This document shows positions 1-9,057 of a stretch of 64,000 nucleotides of DNA, piece by piece. Both the position numbers and the translations under genes were made by a program. The stretch's first letter is position 1. Each line of letters starts with the position of its first letter. The notes beneath the pieces were generated by a model, which saw nothing but the letters and a program-made list of their open reading frames with translations, was not told the origin of the DNA and did no database searches. This DNA is from an uncultured Clostridia bacterium (lineage in GTDB: Bacteria > Bacillota > Clostridia > Christensenellales > UBA1242): contig CALWRJ010000010.1 in NCBI GenBank assembly GCA_944383915.1, positions 139,828 to 203,827 on the forward strand. The letters are read 5' to 3'.

Positions 1-1007
1 TTTAGGGTTTCCAGCGTGGTTTTAATCTCTGTTGGGTGATGTGCATAATCGTGATAGTGTGTAATATTATTTACTTGTTTTAGTAGGGATAACCGCCTAT
101 TTACGCCACTAAACGCACTAATTCCAGCCACTATGTCGCAAAAATCAATATTATAGTATCTTGCCACCGCGATACACCCTAGCGCGTTTAAAATATTATG
201 TCGCCCTAAAATATTTAATTTTACCCGCCCTATAAATTCGCTTAAATAATAACAATCAAATGAAAATTTCCCTTTTCGCGAACGGATATTTTTAGCGCAA
301 TAATCGTTGTTTTTATTAAAGCCAAAAGTGATTATTTTTTTGCAATTTTTATAATTTTTTAAGTTAATTTGGTCGCCATTTAGTATAACAACTTCAGTGC
401 TATTTTTAGCAAATTGTGCGAAAGTATTTTGCAAGTCCAACTCGTCTTTGTAGGTGTCCATATGGTCGCGCTCGATGTTTAAAATAAGCGCACAAGTTGG
501 CTGTAAATGCAGAAAACTACGGTTAAATTCGCATGCTTCGGTGATAAAAAATTCGCGTTTGCCGATGAGCAAATTTCCGCCTAAATTGAGAGCGTCACCG
601 CCTATGTGAACGGTTGGCTTTTTGCCCGCTATTTTAAAAACTTCGCCTATTAGCGCAGTACTTGTCGTCTTTCCGTGAGTCCCAGCAATAGCAACAACTT
701 TTTGATAATTTTTAGCAATCAGCCCCAAAAACTCGGCGCGCTCGTAGACAATTTTTCCTAAATCAAGGGCATAACGCACTACATTGCTATTTTGCCCCAC
801 CGCAATTGTATAAACGAAATAATCGCACTCGTTTATCGCATTTTTATCGCAAGGTAAACTTACCCTAACACCTAGTTTTTTTAACTCATGCAAATTTTCG
901 CTGTCGTTGTCATCACTCCCAAAAACTTCATACCCAAGAGACAAACAAAGTTTGGCAAGCGCACTCATACTTACGCCACCAATACCATAAAAATAAATTT
1001 TTTTCAC
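1..1007 (-). CDS. murC: UDP-N-acetylmuramate--L-alanine ligase MurC, N-terminal ~335 codons (C-terminus beyond left edge)
   Basis: Own minus-strand translation from GTG at 1007: VKKIYFYGIGGVSMSALAKL..VAIAGTHGKTTSTALIG..HDYAHHPTEI. Mur-ligase P-loop present. Not in ORF track because there is no stop in the window. Confidence 0.8.
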   Translation of the reverse strand, partial: MKKIYFYGIGGVSMSALAKLCLSLGYEVFGSDDNDSENLHELKKLGVRVSLPCDKNAINECDYFVYTIAVGQNSNVVRYALDLGKIVYERAEFLGLIAKNYQKVVAIAGTHGKTTSTALIGEVFKIAGKKPTVHIGGDALNLGGNLLIGKREFFITEACEFNRSFLHLQPTCALILNIERDHMDTYKDELDLQNTFAQFAKNSTEVVILNGDQINLKNYKNCKKIITFGFNKNNDYCAKNIRSRKGKFSFDCYYLSEFIGRVKLNILGRHNILNALGCIAVARYYNIDFCDIVAGISAFSGVNRRLSLLKQVNNITHYHDYAHHPTEIKTTLETL

Positions 1008-1240
1008 AAATTTTTATATGCAAAAAACTAATTTTTTGTTATTTTCGTAACTTTAAATATTTAAAAAATTTTATTTTTATAGCGCTGTTGCCTTATTTTA
1101 TTTAATAAAGCATATTAAACTTAACTATCACTAATACTTTCCCTATAAAACACAAATAAGCAATTTTTGGACCGCAAATCAACAACATCTAACTATTGTT
1201 GCAGCTAAAAACGATACCCTTATTCTTTTTAATAAGTTAT

Positions 1241-1723
1241 TTATTCAAAATCTGCTTTTTTATAATTAAACACGAGTGGCGAACAACTCGGCACGCCAAT
1301 TTTGTAGGCATCAGGGCTTGCGGGAATGTTTAAAGCGAGTTGGATAAAAGCCATAACATTTATGCCACTTGTAACGCAAACAACGATATCATTTTCATCG
1401 TGTTTTTTTATTATTTCCAACAAAAATTCGCGCACACGGTTTTGTGTATCTAGCCAACTCTCATTATTTTTAAAATCTTGCTCGTTTAACCTTTCGTCAG
1501 TAAAAATAGGCAATTTTATATATTTATTGATAATTTCCGCTGTTTTCGTGCATCTAAAAAGTGGTGCGGAGTAAATTGCGTTTATGGGGCGAATTTTGTG
1601 CGCTTCGCTTAAAAGTTTTGCCGTATTTTTAGCGTCTTTAACACCAATTTTGGTGAGCCCATCATTTTCGTTTAAACCCTTACTCTTATCACGATGCGCG
1701 TGATGACAAAATATAATTTGCAT
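1241..1723 (-). CDS. histidine-phosphatase-superfamily-like protein (atypical motif)
   Basis: 160-aa ORF. The FCHHAHRD..DGLTKIGVKDA..IYSAPLFRCTKTAE layout resembles PGAM/SixA-type phosphatases, but there is no clean RHG motif. Confidence 0.4.
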   Translation of the reverse strand: MQIIFCHHAHRDKSKGLNENDGLTKIGVKDAKNTAKLLSEAHKIRPINAIYSAPLFRCTKTAEIINKYIKLPIFTDERLNEQDFKNNESWLDTQNRVREFLLEIIKKHDENDIVVCVTSGINVMAFIQLALNIPASPDAYKIGVPSCSPLVFNYKKADFE

Positions 1724-1955
1724 AAAACTATCCTTTTAAATTTTTTCTAATAATTTAAATAAATTCGTCTGTGTTATCTGTGTCGTCATTTGTATTTGAA
1801 TCTACTAATTCAAAGTTTGCCACAATCAACTTCCCTTGCACTAGCGTTAACAATATGTCTGCGAAAATTCCACAAACGCAACTTTCTAAATTAATTTTAC
1901 AAATTTAACAATTATAAGTCAAATAAAAATTTCCATTAATATAAAATTTATATAA

Positions 1956-1982
1956 AAACAAAAAAATCCCTTACGGGATTTC
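1956..1982 (-). terminator. Rho-independent terminator after spoVG
   Basis: Hairpin AAATCCC-TTAC-GGGATTT; on the minus strand it is followed by a T-run, about 20 nt after the spoVG stop. Confidence 0.7.
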
Positions 1983-2000
1983 TTTCTTGTCTTAAGCGGC

Positions 2001-2279
2001 CTACTCTTTGGCAGCTTCAGCCAAAGCCTTTTCATACTCAGCAAGAATAAGGTTTGAAATGTTGTCCCTTGTCTCAGTGTTGAGTGGGTGAACAATGTCC
2101 TTAAAGTTTCCTTCTGGTGTCTTACGGCTAGGCATAGCGATAAACAAGCCTTGATTGCCTTCGATAACTTTAATGTCGTGCACAGCGAAGCAATCGTCAA
2201 TTGTAAGTGATGCAACTGCTTTTAATTTGTTGTCATCTTTCTTGACAATACGAATGCGAATGTCAGTAATTTTCATCAA
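2001..2279 (-). CDS. spoVG: septation/sporulation regulator SpoVG
   Basis: 92 aa. [53 protein letters not shown] is near-canonical SpoVG. Confidence 0.9.
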   Translation of the reverse strand: MMKITDIRIRIVKKDDNKLKAVASLTIDDCFAVHDIKVIEGNQGLFIAMPSRKTPEGNFKDIVHPLNTETRDNISNLILAEYEKALAEAAKE

Positions 2280-2341
2280 GTCGATGTACCATCCTTTTAA
2301 ATTTTAGCCAAAAGTAGTAAAGCCACATTTAGCTTAACTTA

Positions 2342-2370
2342 ATAATACACATTTAAAAAATAAATGTCAA
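2342..2370 (-). promoter_or_regulatory. sigma-A-type promoter for spoVG
   Basis: Minus strand reads TTGACA-17 nt-TATTAT (TG two nt upstream of the -10), about 60 nt upstream of the start codon. Confidence 0.6.
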
Positions 2371-2552
2371 ACAAAATTTGCCCTTTTTCTTATTTTTTAA
2401 ACATATAAATTGCTTTATTGGTAATTTTAAAAAATTTTTTGAATTTTTTGAATAATTTAATAATTTGGGGCAAACATATAATCAGGCACAAGCGTTATTA
2501 ATGTAATTTCTTAATACTTTTAAGTAAGAAATTATCACGCATGTGCTTTTTG

Positions 2553-4577
2553 TTAGTTTAATTGAGAATCCGTAGTCGTTCTAAAATCTAGATAAATCGT
2601 AAAAGGCTCATTTATGTTGTATATTTCGAGTACTATTTTAGTCCCTTCGGTATTAGTCATATAATGAATTGCAGTGCAATAATCATTTCCCAAATTACCA
2701 TTTGTTGAATTAATTTTTATAAATTCGTTTGCTGTTGGTTCTGTTGATGAATTAGTTATACATATGCCATTAATAAAGTAGCCACTATTAGTTTGAATTA
2801 CATAACTATGTACTACCTCGTCTATACTTTCGTTTGTAATAGCGAACTCTACCCCATCATTAATAGAAGTAATACTTATTCCAATATCAAAAACTGCGGT
2901 AAAAGCATAATTACCCAAGTCGGTAATTGTATAAGTAAATGTTGGACTAGTAATTTGCTCTTTAACAATTTGCACACCATTTCGCATTACTGTTACCTGC
3001 CAATATAAAAACACGACATTTTTAGGTATTACCGTAGCAGTTATTTTTGTCCCATAAATTATTTGGCTTGGCTCAACATACTCTAAAGTACCACAATTTT
3101 GATTACAATTTACCATTACATACCATTGCATAATTAAAGTATTTAAACTTCCGCTTTCGTTTGTAGTAAATTTTGAACCATGTACATTTATTGCATTTTC
3201 TAAATTAGTTTGGTCTTTAAAATAATATTGTACATAATGATTCCCGCCACTAAACGCATTTGAACCTATCATATATTCATCTAATGTGATATCGTTATTA
3301 AAATATATAAAAGTTAAATCAGTACAATTTTGGAATGCAGATTCCCCTATGCTTTCAACATTTTCAGGTATAGTTATAGAGGTTAGATTTGAGCACAGAT
3401 AAAATGCAAAATCATTTATACTAGTAACACTATCAGGTAATTCCACCGAAGTTAAACTGAAACAATTAGAAAAAGTATAATTCCCTATGCTAGTAACGCC
3501 ATTAGGTATTGTCACCGATATTAAACTAACACAACGATAAAAGGCGCTATTACCAATGCTCTGAACGCTTTCTGGTATATCTATTGAAATTAAACTGCCA
3601 CAATATTCAAAAGCGTTGTTTCCTATACTAACAACGCCATCAGACATTGTTATAAAATTTAAATCAGTACATCTATTAAAAGCGCTGTTTCCAATACTTT
3701 CAACACTTGTTGGTAAGTCTACCGAAATTAAACTAGTACAACCATAAAAAGCATAGTCTTTTATGCTAGTTATACCATTCGGCACTGTTAAATTTGTTAC
3801 TAAATTATTATTTAAATATAAATCTGCTCCATATGATAATGGATTGGAAGTAAAATAAGCAAAATCAATATTACACCATGCCGTTAGTTCGGTTATATAT
3901 ACCGATGCTAAATTGTTACAACCATTAAAAGCATTATAGTTTATGCTTGTAACGCCATTTCCTACTGATACCGAATTTAAATTAACACAACTACCAAATG
4001 AATTACTTCCAATACTTGTAACACTATTTGGTATTGTTAATGATGTTAAACTAGTGCATCCCAAAAAAGAATAATTTCTTATACTTACAATAGAATTTGG
4101 TATAACTAAATCAGTTACAATGACATCATTTAAATATAAATCTGCACCATTGATTAAGGGATTTGCTTCGCCAAAGAAACCAATATTACACCACGACACT
4201 AAATCATTTATGTATACTGAATTTAAACCACTACAACCACTAAATGCCGAAGCCCCAATACTAGTAATGCTTTCAGGTATTTCTAACGACTCTATACTTG
4301 TGCAATCAGCAAATGCATTACTTCCTATACTTGTAACAGTATATTCGTTAATTGAACTTGGTATTATTAATGTTGTTGCACTCCCTGTATAACCTGTAAT
4401 TGTTGCTTGATTACCTGATACAGTATATTCAAAATCATTATAAGTATCCGCAATTGTAGAAGGTTTTGTTTTTGATAAAAAAATTCCTAAAATTATGCCA
4501 ATGGCGGTTAATACCATAATAACTATAAAAATAATTGTATAAAGTTTGTATTTAGTAAATAGTTCTTTAACTGCCAT
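2553..4577 (-). CDS. BspA-type leucine-rich-repeat surface protein with N-terminal membrane anchor
   Basis: 674 aa. N-terminal TM helix, then more than 15 tandem ~23-aa repeats of the form IP.SVTSIG..AF..C..L.S. Very AT-rich codon usage. Confidence 0.8.
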   Translation of the reverse strand: MAVKELFTKYKLYTIIFIVIMVLTAIGIILGIFLSKTKPSTIADTYNDFEYTVSGNQATITGYTGSATTLIIPSSINEYTVTSIGSNAFADCTSIESLEIPESITSIGASAFSGCSGLNSVYINDLVSWCNIGFFGEANPLINGADLYLNDVIVTDLVIPNSIVSIRNYSFLGCTSLTSLTIPNSVTSIGSNSFGSCVNLNSVSVGNGVTSINYNAFNGCNNLASVYITELTAWCNIDFAYFTSNPLSYGADLYLNNNLVTNLTVPNGITSIKDYAFYGCTSLISVDLPTSVESIGNSAFNRCTDLNFITMSDGVVSIGNNAFEYCGSLISIDIPESVQSIGNSAFYRCVSLISVTIPNGVTSIGNYTFSNCFSLTSVELPDSVTSINDFAFYLCSNLTSITIPENVESIGESAFQNCTDLTFIYFNNDITLDEYMIGSNAFSGGNHYVQYYFKDQTNLENAINVHGSKFTTNESGSLNTLIMQWYVMVNCNQNCGTLEYVEPSQIIYGTKITATVIPKNVVFLYWQVTVMRNGVQIVKEQITSPTFTYTITDLGNYAFTAVFDIGISITSINDGVEFAITNESIDEVVHSYVIQTNSGYFINGICITNSSTEPTANEFIKINSTNGNLGNDYCTAIHYMTNTEGTKIVLEIYNINEPFTIYLDFRTTTDSQLN

Positions 4578-4816
4578 TTAGCTTTCCTCATTTTATTTTT
4601 ATTAGTATTGTAACTAGTTACATCTCAAACTTAGAATACTCTAAAATTTAAAAATTACAAAACAAAATGACACTATTTTATAAAAAAAGTGATTTTTTAT
4701 AAAATTATCATACATTTTCACCTTACTATTTTTTAATAAAATATTCAAATCTATTTATCCTATTTATTATTTTTTTTGTTATAAAACTACATTCACACAC
4801 AAACTACGCTAAAAAG

Positions 4817-4847
4817 TTATCCACAACACTTGTGGAAAAGTGGATAA
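4817..4847. promoter_or_regulatory. cluster of three DnaA-box-like 9-mers
   Basis: TTATCCACA (4817-4825, perfect consensus), TGTGGAAAA (= TTTTCCACA on the other strand, 4831-4839) and AGTGGATAA (= TTATCCACT, 4839-4847), in a 445-bp AT-rich spacer. Confidence 0.45.
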
Positions 4848-5023
4848 CTTAAAAAATTTTGTTTATATTTGTTGTTTTATGTATAAAAAGACAACTAAAA
4901 ATAGCGTAAAGCATCAAAAAAGAGCAATTTTCCCTTCAAAATTTTAGCACTTAACCGCAAAAAAACAATAATTTAATTTTATTGAATTATTATATTGCTA
5001 TTTTAAAATTTTTATTTTAATTC

Positions 5024-5506
5024 CTATATAATATATATAAAGTTTTCAAAGGTGAAAAACTCGGTGGACTCGCGGTTGCAAATTTTGCAATAAAATACGA
5101 GCAATAAAAAAGCACTTATTATTAAAATAATTCCAATCACGCCGAGCCAAACATTAGCAAAAAATATGGAATTTTCGATACAAAAAAGCACGAGCAAGCA
5201 ATTTATTGTACAGTTCGGCGCCACAAATTTTGCTCTATACAAATCAGGAAAAGATAGTGGCGGGTTCAATAAATTTTGCAAAGATAAAATTACGCCAACC
5301 GCTGTTATTACAAGCATAACAACCACAAAAGCAAGCAACGCTTCTATGCTATCTGCGTTATTTTGTATCGTTTCTTGAGAAAATACTTCTCCTATTCCCC
5401 CAAACGAAAGGCATATTAGTACTAACAACGCAATTTGCCCTAAAAGTCCAACACTCACCCCGCCAAAAAACAAGATTTTGTACGGTTTTATTATTGAATA
5501 ACTCAC
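5024..5506 (-). CDS. multi-pass membrane protein, unknown function
   Basis: Hydrophobic ORF. I prefer GTG at 5506 (TAGTG overlap with the upstream stop) over the track TTG start at 5566, which would overlap the upstream gene by 61 nt. Confidence 0.45.
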   Translation of the reverse strand: MSYSIIKPYKILFFGGVSVGLLGQIALLVLICLSFGGIGEVFSQETIQNNADSIEALLAFVVVMLVITAVGVILSLQNLLNPPLSFPDLYRAKFVAPNCTINCLLVLFCIENSIFFANVWLGVIGIILIISAFLLLVFYCKICNRESTEFFTFENFIYII

Positions 5507-6618
5507 TATTTCTTTTGTTTTAATTCCTTTTTTAAATCTTTGCGCACTTCGTAATAAAGGTCCCAATACTCGTGCAAAGTGCGTTTTACATACGAAATTG
5601 TTTCATCGTCCAACTGTTTAAATTGCTTTCGCATATTGTGTATATATTTAACCGCGCGTGTCCTAAAATCGAGCAAATTATTCGTCTTGCACGCACTAAT
5701 AATGCGATATAAAATATCGATGATTTTGAGCCTTTCCTCCTCGGGATACCGCTTCATCCACTCCTTAATTGCGCGCTCGAAAACTTTACAGTTAAAAGTG
5801 GTATTCTCGGTTGTATCAATTTTTCCGTCTTTGGTAACTCGCCAGCGAAAAGGGTCGTGTTGCATCATAATTATTCCTGAACTATGCACGACTAAATATT
5901 TGCTAAAATTGTACATTATGACGCCAATCATCGAGTCACGGGTGATGAATTTCTTGAGTTTATTTGAAATGCGCTCAAATTTTTCGCTATTGAAAATATC
6001 GTACTTAAATCCTGGACCTTCGAAATCGTAAATTGCAACTATTCTATCCTGAATTTCAGGTGCGGTATAAATTGAGGCAAAAGTGGCGAGATTTCCGCCT
6101 TTTGAGTGTCCGCCTAGGTAAAAATTGCCTTTAACTAGTGAGGCGACTTCATTTAAATAAACTAAACACTGTTCTTGCGAAGGAATAACATCTAAAAACA
6201 CCATATTAAAGTCCTCTTTCCAGCCGGTTAGAGTCGTGTCCGTTCCACGAAAAGCCACATAAGTGCAATTTTCAAACATAAAAACAATGGCGCTAAACTG
6301 CAATTCTAACTTTGTATCTACGCGATTGCGGTAGTAATTCAACTTCATATCGCGGTAGCGCACCGATTTTTGCATAAGACGAATAAGGCGCAAGTTTGAG
6401 TGCGGAGACATTGTGTTGCGCACCATAGTTTTTAAGGCTTTCCTATTCCCTAGCGATTTTAGAGTAACAGCAGGGCGCGAATCATTGACGCCCCCTACTT
6501 TTCCGCCAAAATCTATATAAGCGATTTCACTCAAAATAAGCGCGTCAACATCGTTAAAAGGCAGTTGAGTTGTATTTAAACGACCAAATTTTTTTACATA
6601 ATAAAAAATATTACGCAT
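5506..6618 (-). CDS. Mbeg1-like/DUF2974 alpha/beta-hydrolase (lipase-like)
   Basis: 370 aa. Has FRGTD..LTGWKEDF and the nucleophile elbow GHSKGGNLA. Confidence 0.7.
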   Translation of the reverse strand: MRNIFYYVKKFGRLNTTQLPFNDVDALILSEIAYIDFGGKVGGVNDSRPAVTLKSLGNRKALKTMVRNTMSPHSNLRLIRLMQKSVRYRDMKLNYYRNRVDTKLELQFSAIVFMFENCTYVAFRGTDTTLTGWKEDFNMVFLDVIPSQEQCLVYLNEVASLVKGNFYLGGHSKGGNLATFASIYTAPEIQDRIVAIYDFEGPGFKYDIFNSEKFERISNKLKKFITRDSMIGVIMYNFSKYLVVHSSGIIMMQHDPFRWRVTKDGKIDTTENTTFNCKVFERAIKEWMKRYPEEERLKIIDILYRIISACKTNNLLDFRTRAVKYIHNMRKQFKQLDDETISYVKRTLHEYWDLYYEVRKDLKKELKQKK

Positions 6619-6655
6619 ATCGTTGACCTTTTAAATTTAATAAATACTTTTATAT

Positions 6656-6684
6656 AGTTTATCCATATATTTAAAAAATGTCAA
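6656..6684 (-). promoter_or_regulatory. sigma-A-type promoter for the hydrolase gene
   Basis: Minus strand reads TTGACA-17 nt-TAAACT, about 40 nt upstream of the ATG at 6618. Confidence 0.5.
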
Positions 6685-6732
6685 ACAAGTGCGCGTAAAT
6701 GTAAAAAAATTTTAAAAATTGCCAAATTAATG

Positions 6733-6761
6733 TTGACTATTATTTCAAATTGTGATAATAT
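6733..6761 (+). promoter_or_regulatory. candidate promoter of the tRNA cluster
   Basis: TTGACT (6733-6738), then TGTGATAATAT containing GATAAT/TAATAT -10 options, about 60 nt upstream of tRNA-Arg. Confidence 0.5.
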
Positions 6762-6818
6762 AAATAAGCATCTTGTAATTTTTAGATGCTTTTGCGTTTA
6801 TAAGGGTACTTAACTTTT

Positions 6819-6895
6819 GCGCCCATAGCTCAACAGGATAGAGCAACACCCTTCTAAGGTGAAGGTTGGGGGTTCGAGTCCCTCTGGGCGCACCA
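6819..6895 (+). tRNA. tRNA-Arg (anticodon UCU)
   Basis: Cloverleaf read by eye: acceptor GCGCCCA/TGGGCGC, anticodon loop CTTCTAA, T-arm GGGGGTTCGAGTCCCTC, encoded CCA. Confidence 0.85.
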
Positions 6896-6973
6896 TTGAA
6901 GCAAATTTATTTGCTTCATAATGCGCACAGTAACGGCTTTTAGCCGTGCAAACGAAGTTTGCAGGGACTCGAA
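6891..6973 (+). repeat. direct repeat copy 1, starting in the last 5 nt of tRNA-Arg
   Basis: CACCATTGAAGCAAATTTATTTGCTTCATAATGCGCACAGTAACGGCTTTTAGCCGTGCAAACGAAGTTTGCAGGGACTCGAA; near-identical to 7075-7159. Confidence 0.8.
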
Positions 6974-7074
6974 CGGGCGCGAATAAAAAAGTTGCCTAAA
7001 TGGCAAGTTTTAGCGCCCCGGCGTGAAAGTGGAGCGAAGCGTAACGGAGCGAGTCCCATAAACTTCAAAGCGGG

Positions 7075-7159
7075 CACCATTGAAGCAAATTTTTATTTGC
7101 TTCATAATGCGCACAGTAACGGCTTTTAGCCGTGCAAACAAAGTTTGCAGGGACTCGAA
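7075..7159 (+). repeat. direct repeat copy 2, preceded by a decayed tRNA 3'-end-like stretch
   Basis: Same ~83-nt sequence with 1 indel and 1 substitution. Upstream GAGTCCCATAAACTTCAAAGCGGGCACCA resembles the tRNA-Arg end GAGTCCCTCTGGGCGCACCA. Confidence 0.8.
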
Positions 7160-7267
7160 AGAAATTACACTACTTAATGTCGCTAGTTATAAAAACACTT
7201 CGCGTTTAAAACGTGCGCTAAAAATTTTTTCATCACCTAAACGCAAAAAGGCTCAAACACCAATTAT

Positions 7268-7344
7268 GGTGGATATAGCTTAGTTGGTAGAGCGCCAGGT
7301 TGTGGCCCTGGAGGTCGTGGGTTCAAGTCCCACTATTCACCCCA
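7268..7344 (+). tRNA. tRNA-His (anticodon GUG)
   Basis: Extra 5' G(-1), anticodon stem-loop CCAGG-TTGTGGC-CCTGG, T-arm GTGGGTTCAAGTCCCAC, encoded CCA. Confidence 0.85.
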
Positions 7345-7375
7345 ATAATAAATAAAAGTGGCTTCCACTTTTTGT

Positions 7376-7450
7376 AGGGGTATCGCCAAGCGGTAAGGCA
7401 CTTGACTCTGACTCAAGCATTCGAGGGTTCAAATCCTTCTGCCCCTGCCA
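7376..7450 (+). tRNA. tRNA-Gln (anticodon CUG)
   Basis: Acceptor AGGGGTA/TGCCCCT, anticodon stem-loop CTTGA-CTCTGAC-TCAAG, encoded CCA. Confidence 0.8.
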
Positions 7451-7480
7451 ATTAGGTGAGCAAAATAAACCTAAGAATTT

Positions 7481-7555
7481 AGGGGTGTAGCCAAGCGGTA
7501 AGGCACTAGACTTTGACTCTAGCATGCGTAGGTTCAAATCCTGCCACCCCTGCCA
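7481..7555 (+). tRNA. tRNA-Gln (anticodon UUG)
   Basis: Anticodon stem-loop CTAGA-CTTTGAC-TCTAG, T-arm GTAGGTTCAAATCCTGC, encoded CCA. Confidence 0.8.
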
Positions 7556-7581
7556 CAACGCACAAAAGTGCGTTAAATTAT

Positions 7582-7657
7582 GGCCCAATAGCTCAGTAGG
7601 TAGAGCACTTGACTTTTAATCAAGTTGTCCCGCGTTCGAGTCGCGGTTGGGTCACCA
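7582..7657 (+). tRNA. tRNA-Lys (anticodon UUU)
   Basis: Anticodon stem-loop CTTGA-CTTTTAA-TCAAG, T-arm CGCGTTCGAGTCGCG, encoded CCA. Confidence 0.85.
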
Positions 7658-7668
7658 CAAGCGATAAA

Positions 7669-7697
7669 ATACGAACTTTTTAAGTTCGTATTTTTTG
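7669..7697 (+). terminator. Rho-independent terminator of the tRNA cluster
   Basis: ATACGAAC-TTTTTAA-GTTCGTAT followed by a T-run. The same stem sequence closes the tRNA-Ser locus at 21255-21292. Confidence 0.75.
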
Positions 7698-7750
7698 TAT
7701 TTTTTTATCTAAAAATACAAGCGCATCTTGTGCGCATCGCTTGTGATGGC
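7687..7750 (+). repeat. direct repeat A (hairpin-in-hairpin module)
   Basis: CGTATTTTTTGTATTTTTTTATCTAAAAATACAAGCGCATCTTGTGCGCATCGCTTGTGATGGC. Outer stem ACAAGCG/CGCTTGT, inner stem GCGCA/TGCGC. Confidence 0.7.
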
Positions 7751-7928
7751 AACTGCACTCGGGTTAGATATACAAGTATCTCTACCCCTTCGTTTGTTGG
7801 CACCATTTCCCAACACTTTTATATGAGCATAGCGGTTTCTACCGCCTTTTTGCGTGCAATGTTTGTGCTGGCTACTTCGCTTCGCTCGTAGGCACCATTT
7901 CTCCGTAATCTGTTTGAGCGATATTGTT

Positions 7929-7990
7929 CGTATTTTTTTGTATTTTCGTAGAAAATACAAGTGTGCGTTGCACACATCGCTTGTGGTGGC
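7929..7990 (+). repeat. direct repeat B (same module, inner stem replaced)
   Basis: CGTATTTTTTTGTATTTTCGTAGAAAATACAAGTGTGCGTTGCACACATCGCTTGTGGTGGC. Inner stem is now GTGTGC/GCACAC. Confidence 0.7.
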
Positions 7991-8051
7991 TATTGTTTTT
8001 ATTTTAAAATATTTGATTTAATTAAAGGTTTTTTTAATATTTGCGAAAGAA

Positions 8052-8966
8052 TTACAGCCAAAGTTTATCGTCTTTGAGTCCCTTAAAAATAGATTGGCGT
8101 AGACTTCCCTTTTTTGTGATTTCCATATATTTTACGGTGCAAACTAATTTGGGTTCGCAAAAAATTGCATTAGATTTATTAAAAAATGGTGATTTTTTGT
8201 TATTTTTTACATATTTTTTTATAATTCCGCTTTCCGTTTTACCAATTCCAAGAGAAACGCTTCCGTAATACTTAAAAATGCCATTATTCATTTTACATAG
8301 TAATATGTCTTTTATTTCGCCATTTTCTTTTAAAACAATGCCACAAATTAAGAAATCGTCATCGTGCATAACTTTAATTTTGAGCCAATTATAAGAACGC
8401 TTGCCGATTTGGTAAATACTGTCTTTTCTCTTTGCGACAATGCCTTCTAAATTTTTCTTTTTTGCCAACTCAAAAAATGGCACGCCAAACTCATCAATAT
8501 ATCGCGAAAGCGAAATATTTTTATTCTCTTTTACAGTATTTTTTAATATCATTTTGCGTTCAATTAAAGTTTTTTCGCAAATTAATTCATTTTTTAAATA
8601 AATTATATCATAAGCAACAAACTGCACAGGTAACTTTTTAGATGCTAATTTTATTTTAAATTTATCACTTAAAAGAGCGCGTTTTTGTAAAGAGAAAAAA
8701 TCAGGTTCGCAATTACGCATAACAACTAATTCACCATCTAATATGCACTTATTTTTTACTTGTTTATGCAAATCTTTTAATTCGGGATAAATATCTATTA
8801 ATTCCTTATCACGCTTGTTTCTTAAACTGGTATTTTTATCGAGATATGCAAGACATCTAATACCGTCTAATTTTAATTCGAAAATATAATCTTTATTATT
8901 AAATGGTGGACATTCTTGCAACAACATTGGCGCAATATTTTTTGTGTCAAATATATCTTTTTCCAT
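8052..8966 (-). CDS. ligD: ATP-dependent DNA ligase, ligase-domain-only LigD-type
   Basis: 304 aa. Adenylation motif ELKLDGIRC (KxDG), EGIVAKR, WLKIK. Lies 91 nt downstream of ku. Confidence 0.85.
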   Translation of the reverse strand: MEKDIFDTKNIAPMLLQECPPFNNKDYIFELKLDGIRCLAYLDKNTSLRNKRDKELIDIYPELKDLHKQVKNKCILDGELVVMRNCEPDFFSLQKRALLSDKFKIKLASKKLPVQFVAYDIIYLKNELICEKTLIERKMILKNTVKENKNISLSRYIDEFGVPFFELAKKKNLEGIVAKRKDSIYQIGKRSYNWLKIKVMHDDDFLICGIVLKENGEIKDILLCKMNNGIFKYYGSVSLGIGKTESGIIKKYVKNNKKSPFFNKSNAIFCEPKLVCTVKYMEITKKGSLRQSIFKGLKDDKLWL

Positions 8967-9057
8967 AATTTTTTACTATTTTTATTGATTTTTAACGATT
9001 TTTTATAAAATTTAAGTACTATGCATAGGTATTATGCACAGTGTTATGCAAAATATT

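Noticed and set aside
4578-5023. The AT-rich spacer with DnaA boxes as the replication origin.
   Set aside because: There is no dnaA or dnaN nearby, gene orientation does not switch across it (minus-strand genes on both sides), and only one tight box cluster is seen. It is kept as a regulatory-site finding only.
6896-7070. An additional tRNA or tRNA pseudogene on the minus strand (GGACTCGAAC resembles a T-arm complement).
   Set aside because: I could not fold any cloverleaf with paired acceptor, anticodon and T stems. Only isolated T-loop-like strings are present.
7337-7588. 83-aa minus-strand ORF from the track.
   Set aside because: It lies entirely antisense across tRNA-Gln, tRNA-Gln and the start of tRNA-Lys. 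It has no RBS and is an artefact of structured GC-rich tRNA sequence.
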